Shown here one piece after another: positions 56,555-64,000 of a DNA stretch of 64,000 nucleotides. Where the stretch lies: positions 44,206,001 to 44,270,000 of the forward strand of contig NC_043005.1 of assembly GCF_006345805.1 (NCBI RefSeq), given 5' to 3'. The notes under the pieces were generated by a model. That model was not told where the DNA came from and did not search any database. It was given only the letters and a program-made list of their open reading frames with translations. The position numbers were made by a program, and so were the translations under genes. Origin of the DNA: Octopus sinensis. Its lineage: Eukaryota. The stretch's first letter is position 1. The number at the start of each line of letters is the position of its first letter.

Positions 56555-57550
56555 TATTCTTTTACTTGTTTCAGTCATTTGACTGTGTCCACGGTGGAGC
56601 ACTGTCTTAAAGGGTTTTAGTCGAAGAAATCGATCCCGGGGCTTATTCTTTGTAAGCTTAGTACTTCTTCTATAGGACGCTTTTGCCAAACCGCTAGGTT
56701 ACGGGGACATAAACACACCACCGTCGGTTGTTAAGCGATGGCGGAGGAACAAGGACACGCGCGCACACACACACACACATACATATATATACGATGGGCT
56801 TCTTTCAGTTTTCGCCTACAAAATCCACTCACAAGGCTTTGGTCGGCCCGAAGCTATAGTTGAAGACACTTGGCCGAGGTGCCATGCAGTGGGGCTAAAC
56901 CCAGAACCATACGGTTTGGAGGCAAGTTTCTTACCACACAGCCACGTGCACGTGTGTGTGTGTGTGTATAATTTTAAATCTTTTCCTTCCTTCAGTCATT
57001 GGACTGCACTCTTGCTGGGGCATCACCTTCAAGGGCTTTAGTTGAACAGCTTGATCCCAGGATTATTTTTCAAGCCTAGTACTTATTCTGTTAGTCTTTT
57101 CACCAAACATCTAAGTTACAAGGATGTAAACACACCAGCACCGGTTGTCAAGTGGTAAGGTGGGGACAAACACTCACATACACATGTAACATCGTGTGTA
57201 CCGTTGGCGATTTTTTTTCCACTGTCTTCCCTTCTCTGGATCTTTCCTTCTCCTATGTTTCCGACGAAGAGCTCCGCTCGAAACGTTAAACCCTCCTTCT
57301 TTCCTTCTTTCCTGAGCGTCCAATAATACTATATTTGTTCCACGTCCTCGCGTTGTTGTGTTTTTTTTTGTGCTTTCTTGTTTGGATTAACTATATATAT
57401 ATATATATATATTTATATATGTTGGGCTTCTTTCAGTTCTGCCAAATCCACTCACAAGGCTTTGGTCGGCCTGAAGCTATAGTAGAAGACACTTGCCCAA
57501 GGTGCCACACAGTGGGACTGAACCCTGAATCCTGTGGTTGGGAAGCAAGC
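56555..57550 (-). mobile_element. Two SINE family A copies (56555-56945; 56990-57550, the latter with a nested pLTR fragment)
   Basis: Reverse complement of the family A consensus. Confidence 0.75.
57185..57392 (+). mobile_element. Short Penelope-like pLTR fragment with a minimal HHR-like motif (57257-57291), nested in a SINE
   Basis: GTTT-CCGACGA-A-GAGC-tcc-GCTC-GAAAC-GTT-AAAC. It shares gctcgaaacgttaaa and tttcctgagcg with the 32.9-kb element. Confidence 0.55.
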
Positions 57551-57959
57551 TTCTTATCACACAGCCATATCTTAAGGTTGTGTTTGTTTTTATGTTTAGT
57601 TATAATACAAACTATTTTACATTTAACAGACTGGTTACTCCATACATTGGTAGAGTACAAATTTATTATTCATATACAGGAAGGTTGTTGACTGTTACTT
57701 TGAAGTTTCAGTCAGTTAAGCAATCGGACAATGACTTAACTGACTGAAGCTTCAATGTCACAATCAATATATATACATATATATATACATACATACATAT
57801 ATACATTATATACATACATACATACAAATATACATACATATATATATATATATCACGTGATCAACCAGTCCATCAGATGTAGTTACACATCGCTGGTCAC
57901 AATGCGTTCGCATTGTTTTAGCCTTCGAATGACGCCACCCCGCTGGCTAAGCGAGCAGG

Positions 57960-58027
<68 letters not shown>

Positions 58028-58140
58028 CATATATATATACATATACATACATATATATTTACATATATGTACCTATACAGATATATATATATATATACAC
58101 ACACTTATATATACACACACGAGTAAACACATAAATGATC

Positions 58141-58185
58141 ACAACTGTCTGATGAATGGTAGCATGAAACTCTGAGTAACTATTT
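58141..58185 (+). ncRNA. Minimal HHR-like motif, intact core, weak stem I
   Basis: GT-CTGATGA-ATG-gtag-CAT-GAAAC-TCTGA-GTA-AC. Stem III is the quasi-palindrome ACTC-T-GAGT. Confidence 0.5.
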
Positions 58186-58544
58186 TGTACACATTTTTTC
58201 AGCTTTAATAAAAAGTGTGTGTGTGTGAACATCAAACATATTAGAAAATTGCTGTGTAGGAAGGAAACTTCTAAATTAAGCAAAATTATACAAACAACAG
58301 GATTTTAGCTATGGACATATTTACGTAGGATCTATTAATACTAATAGCTAATACATCTAAATTTAACTTGGTTTTAGAATAGGAATACAATATTTTGCAC
58401 AAGTCGAGTGTCCAGTAATAACAGAACAAATAAACTGAATATATATTTACATCATGAAATGAGAAGTTGTTAAGAAAAGCAGTTAGACTTAAGTAGTATT
58501 TGAAAGGAATCATATTAAAAATTCTCTCCACATGCAGGAGTGGC

Positions 58545-58825
58545 TGTGTGATAAGAAGATTGCTTCCCAACGACATGGTTCCGGGTGCAATACCACAGCA
58601 AGTGTCTTCTACTATAGCATCAGGCTGATAAAATCCTTTTGAGTGGATTCGGTAGACAGAAACGGAAAAAAACCTGTCGTGTGTATATATATATATATAT
58701 ATATATATTGGCCTGCTCCTTTAGCCAGCGGGGTGGCATCATTCGAAGGCTAAAACAATGCGAATGCATTGTGACCAGCGATGTGTAACTACATCTGATG
58801 GATTGGTCGGTCACGTGATCACGTG

Positions 58826-58883
<58 letters not shown>

Positions 58884-58940
58884 GTATGTATGTATGTATA
58901 CATATACCATATATATATAGAGATATGTGTGTGTGTGTAC

Positions 58941-58977
<37 letters not shown>

Positions 58978-59170
58978 TATATACATGTATATGTTTGTGT
59001 CTGCGTTTGTCCCCCCCAATATCGCTTGACAACTGATGTAGGTGTATTTATGTCCCTGTAACTTAGCGGTTCATCAAAAGAGACTCATAAAATAAGTTCT
59101 AGGCTTACAAATATTAAGTCCTGCGGTCGATTTGTTTGACTAAAGGTGGTGCTCCAGCATGGCCACGGTG
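58545..59170 (+). mobile_element. SINE family A with a ~120-bp element nested in its (TA)n
   Basis: Head at 58545-58680 and tail at 58990-59170. Confidence 0.7.
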
Positions 59171-59327
59171 AAAGAACCTATAAAAGAGCCTATCAATATA
59201 GGCATACATTGTGTGTTTAAATGTATAATGTATATATAGATGCATAATGCATATATACACACAAAAACATGTATACACGTGTGTATTTTAGATGCATATA
59301 TACATTTATAAAATTTATATACATACA

Positions 59328-59523
59328 AGGGGTTTCAAAGTCATTTGCTAAATGTCTGGCCGGAGGCCCAAACTTTCTGAGTTCTTTTACAGGGCTTCAT
59401 AAAACTGGAGGACCACTGCAATAAGTGTGCTAATCTGAGAGGGGAAAATGTTGAATGAAATCATAATTAACTGATCCTCCTGTATTTTCTTTTACCCAAA
59501 GCTAGGAACCTTTCAGCACCCCT
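59328..59523 (+). mobile_element. Short mariner-derived remnant or MITE (related remnant at ~22600-22716)
   Basis: It encodes a GLHKLEDHCNKCANLRGENVE*-like mariner C-terminus, followed by a TIR-like aggaacctttcagcacccct. Confidence 0.55.
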
Positions 59524-59713
59524 TCATATATACAACACGTATACAAATTACATACATATATACATGTATATATAAAACACATATACATATATATGTGCAT
59601 TTTATACACACACACACATATATGCACATATATATATATATATATATATAGATAGATATATATAGATATAGATATAATGCACATATACATCTATACATAT
59701 ATGTCTATATATT

Positions 59714-59756
<43 letters not shown>

Positions 59757-59794
59757 CTATAATATATATATATATATTCTTTTATTTTTTTCTT

Positions 59795-60005
59795 TTACTT
59801 TTTTGTTTCAGTCATTTGACTGCTGCACCCACCTTAGTTGAACAAATCGACACTAGGTGTTATTCTTTGTAAGCCTGTACTTATTCTATCGGTTTCCTTT
59901 GCTGAACCACTAAGTGATGGGGACGTAAACACACCAACATCATTTGTCAAGTAATGGTGGGGGTACAAACACAGACACAACATTACATACATACATATAT
60001 ATATG

Positions 60006-60074
<69 letters not shown>

Positions 60075-60275
60075 TATATACATATATATACATATATATA
60101 TATATATATATTTATAAATAATATGACGTGCTTCTATCAGTTTCCGTCTACCAGACCCACTTACAAGCTTTGATCATCCTGAGGCTGTAGTAGAAGACAC
60201 TTGCCTAAGGTGCCATGCAATAAGACTGAACCTCGGAGCCATGTGGTTGGGAAGCAAGCTGCTTACCACACAGCC
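59795..60275 (-). mobile_element. SINE family A
   Basis: Reverse complement of the family A consensus. Confidence 0.75.
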
Positions 60276-60285
60276 ATTATCTATC

Positions 60286-60327
<42 letters not shown>

Positions 60328-61134
60328 CTGTATATATATGCATATATATACGTGTGTGGTTGTGTATGCATATATATATATATATTTTAATATTTGTTTT
60401 TTATATTATAAAAACAATTTTACATTCAACTGAAGGATTATTCAATATATTTGGTGTTTTTATCAACCATATCCACTCAGAAGGCTTTATTGGGTCTGGA
60501 GTAGAAGACCTAGCTGTCATGTAGAGTGACTGGACATGATACTACATGGCTGGGAAATAAACTTTTTCACCACACAGCCAAGTATGGTGCATACATGCAG
60601 CCAAGCAGACACAGACATGCATTGATAGATACAAATGCATAGTATATATGTTTGTATGTGTATATATATATATACATGTCTCTCTCTCTCTCTGTATATA
60701 TATATATTTATATATATATATATATATACACACATATATATACATCTAGATATGTATATAAAATATATATATATGCATATACATACTATGATTATAATTT
60801 TTTCTTGCATATTTGTATTGTCTTTTGAAACGTGTGTATGTATTGATTCCAATTTTGTATGAAATCTAATTTTGGTTCAACATTTTTTTCTCCTGGTATA
60901 TCTATAACGATATTTTTCAACTATTATTATCATATCTTAATTACTTGCTCTGGCTGTTTTTTTATGAATTTTTATTAGAAATCATTGTTTCTTTTTTGGA
61001 TCTCTCAAAAAGTTTGAATTGTTCTTTTTGAACTTATTTTTTTTCATATATGCATATACATATATATATACATACATATATACATCTACCTTAGCTAGTT
61101 TATATATGTACATCTATATATATACATATATAAA

Positions 61135-61830
61135 CTAGCTAAGGTACCCGGTAATAAATTACCGTTAATAAGATGTCTGTTTATAGCCATGAAACATTTT
61201 TCGTCAAATTTCAACATTTTTCAAAAATTTAAAATCTATATTAATGGGTAGGACCAATTTGAAGAAAACATGAGTAGAGTCTGGTGGCAAACCTATGTCA
61301 TTGTCACTTTTGTGTATGTGCATAAAATAGCGAAATTTTACGCTTTAGGGTAAATTTCATGAAACTGATGTCACGACGGCTAGTATGCAAAATGCCTAAA
61401 TTTTGCTTGAGAAATATAATGCTCTTACCTAATCAAAACCTAAAATGCTGTGGAATTAAAACAAGGAATTGAAATAATAAGTTTTAACAAATCACAACAA
61501 TTCGCATTGAAATGAAGAATTAGCAAATGGTAAATAGATTACCTTTAATAAGCTGTTTGTTTATACCCATGAAATATTTTTCGTCAAATTTTGGCATTTT
61601 TCGTCAAATTGATGTCATGATGGCTAGCATGAAAAATGCCAAAATTTTAAGATTTTTGAAAAATTGATGCTGATTAAAAATTGATTTCTTTAAAATTCCA
61701 AGTGTGTCAGTGACCACATGGCCATAAGCCCCACACACGTGTCAAGTTTCATCAAAGTCAGTTGGATAGTACCAGAGGAGTTAAAGTAACAAATTCACAA
61801 AGACACAAACTTGCCATTTATTACTATAGA
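61135..61830 (-). mobile_element. Non-autonomous Helitron
   Basis: Minus strand A|TCTATAG ... hairpin CGGTAA-ttta-TTACCG ... CTAG|T, an A|T target with no TSD. Internal diverged repeats lie at ~61158/61538 and ~61362/61606. Confidence 0.8.
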
Positions 61831-62439
61831 TATTTATATGCATACACACACACACACATATATATATATGCATATACACACACACACATATATATACATA
61901 CATATATATACATATACACACACACATATATACATACATATATATACATATACACACACACACACACATATACATACATATATATACATATACACACACA
62001 TATATATAATATATATATATATATATATGTAGGAGTTACATCTATTATTATTTAAAACAGTTTGATTTGGCTCCCATGCAGCTTAAAGTTTCATAGGCAC
62101 CTTGCAAAAACCTAGCTTGTTTGGCACAGTTAACTGAGCCTACAAAACTAAGTAGGATGGGCCCAAACCAAACTTTTTTAAATAACAATGATAGTAATAA
62201 TCCTTTCTACTATAGGCACAAGGCCTGAAATTTTGGGGTAGGGCAGTCGATTAGATCAACCCCAGTACTTAACGGGTACTTCATTTATTGACCCTGAAAG
62301 GATGAAACATGAAGTTAACCTCAGCAGAATTTGAACTGCAGAACTTAAAGATGATGAAATACTGTCAAGCATTTTGCTAACGACTACCAGCTTGCCATGT
62401 TAATAATAACAATCATAATAATAACAATAATAATAATAA

Positions 62440-62763
62440 AATGGAGAAACTCTCAAAATACAAAGACCTGGAAATAGAGGTAACTAGAATGTGGAACCTG
62501 AAAACAGAAACAATTCCTATCATAGTAGGTGCATTAGGCATGATAAAAAAATATTCAGACAAATACATAACAAAAACACCAGGACTTACAAACACATATA
62601 ACATACAGAAAATTGCACTACTAGGCACTGCACACATCCTACGCCGAACACTTTCCATACAATAACCATCAGAGCATCACAACAAATCACAGCACATACC
62701 CAAGGCACACAGAGCTGCGCTCGGTAGTGAAGTGAAAGCACGCTATAAAAATAAAACTACTGA
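62440..62763 (+). mobile_element. 5'-truncated non-LTR retrotransposon with a restriction-like endonuclease C-terminus (R4/Dong-like), inserted in (TAA)n
   Basis: Open frame EKLSKYKDLEIEVTRMW...IPIIVGALG...IQKIALLGTAHILRRTLSIQ* followed by a short 3' UTR. (TAA)n lies on both sides. Confidence 0.8.
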
Positions 62764-62818
<55 letters not shown>

Positions 62819-62844
62819 TGATAATGATAATAGGCACAGGAATG

Positions 62845-63240
62845 GCTGTATGGTAAGGAGCTTGCTTCCCAACCACATAGTTCCGAGTTCAGTACCACTG
62901 CGTGGCACCTTAGGCAGGTGCCTTCTACTATAGACTTGGACCAACTGAAGCTTTGTGAGTGGATTTGGTAGACAGAAACTGAAAGAAGCCTGTCATATAT
63001 ATTATCTATGCGTGTCTGTGTGTGTGTGTGTATTTGTGTGTCTGTGTTCGTACCCCCACCATTGTTGACAACAAATGTTGGTGTGCTTATGTCCCAGTAA
63101 CCTAGCATTTTGGCGAAAGAGACCGACAGAATAAGTACTAGGCTTACAAAGACTAAGTCCTGGGGCTGATTTGTTCGACTAAAGGTGGTGCTCAAGCATG
63201 GCTGCAGTCAAATGACTAAAACAAGTAACAGAATAAAAGA
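62845..63240 (+). mobile_element. SINE family A
   Basis: Matches the family A consensus. Confidence 0.8.
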
Positions 63241-63450
63241 AAAAAAGAACTATAATAATAGAAATAATAATAATAATGCAATATATATATATAATATACA
63301 CATACATAGACACATGTTTTACACACACAAATGGAGATATCAATAAATAAATATATAAATGAATATATACATATCCACATGTGTATGTGTGTGTGTGTAT
63401 ATATATGTATATATACACATGTGTGTGTATATACATACACATATACACAC

Positions 63451-63511
<61 letters not shown>

Positions 63512-63652
63512 TACTTTTTAGATGGATATATAAATATACATAGATATATATATATAAATTTCATCTAAACATACATATACATGTTTTGTAGAACATATAT
63601 ATGAATATATCTATAGTAGTTATATGTAATACACACACACACACACACACAC

Positions 63653-63719
<67 letters not shown>

Positions 63720-64000
63720 ATATATATAATACATGTGTGTCTGTGTGTGTGTGTGTGTATACATAAATTTATATACATACATATAAAGTTTTACATCACC
63801 ATCATTGAATGTCCACTTTTCCATGTTTGCATGGTTGAAAAAGAATTAAATGAAGTGGAATTTTTAAGGCTGGGTGCCTTTCCTGTCACCAGGCCTCACC
63901 TGTTTCCCGGCCAAGTATGAGTTTTTCCCTATGCCCAGACAAGTAAAAGAACAACATCAATTGTATGATAGTGTGACAGAGATGCTTTTACACAATCACC

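Overview
This is AT-rich eukaryotic DNA dominated by microsatellites and short repeats. The SINE families and long (TA)n arrays look like Octopus (inference). The only host coding sequence I can support is three small minus-strand exons that the ORF track misses (30258-30300, 20642-20828, 14646-14781). They splice in frame into the end of one PH domain plus nearly all of a second, resembling the C-terminus of a multi-PH (PDZPH1-like) protein. The rest is intronic or intergenic. It holds two degenerate full-length mariners, two non-autonomous Helitrons, an RTE LINE 3' fragment, a restriction-like-endonuclease retrotransposon tail in (TAA)n, piggyBac-like MITEs, several SINE families, minisatellites and two ~1.9-kb duplications. 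The most interesting signal is a set of type I hammerhead ribozyme (HHR) motifs with palindromic stem III in several unrelated short elements. These include an intact-core HHR at 10149-10241 and a ~349-nt tandem repeat with one HHR per unit (retrozyme or Penelope-pLTR-like) at 45905-46650. Most lie on the strand of the host gene. Nearly all listed ORFs are translations of microsatellites. SINE coordinates are approximate and the family letters are my own labels.
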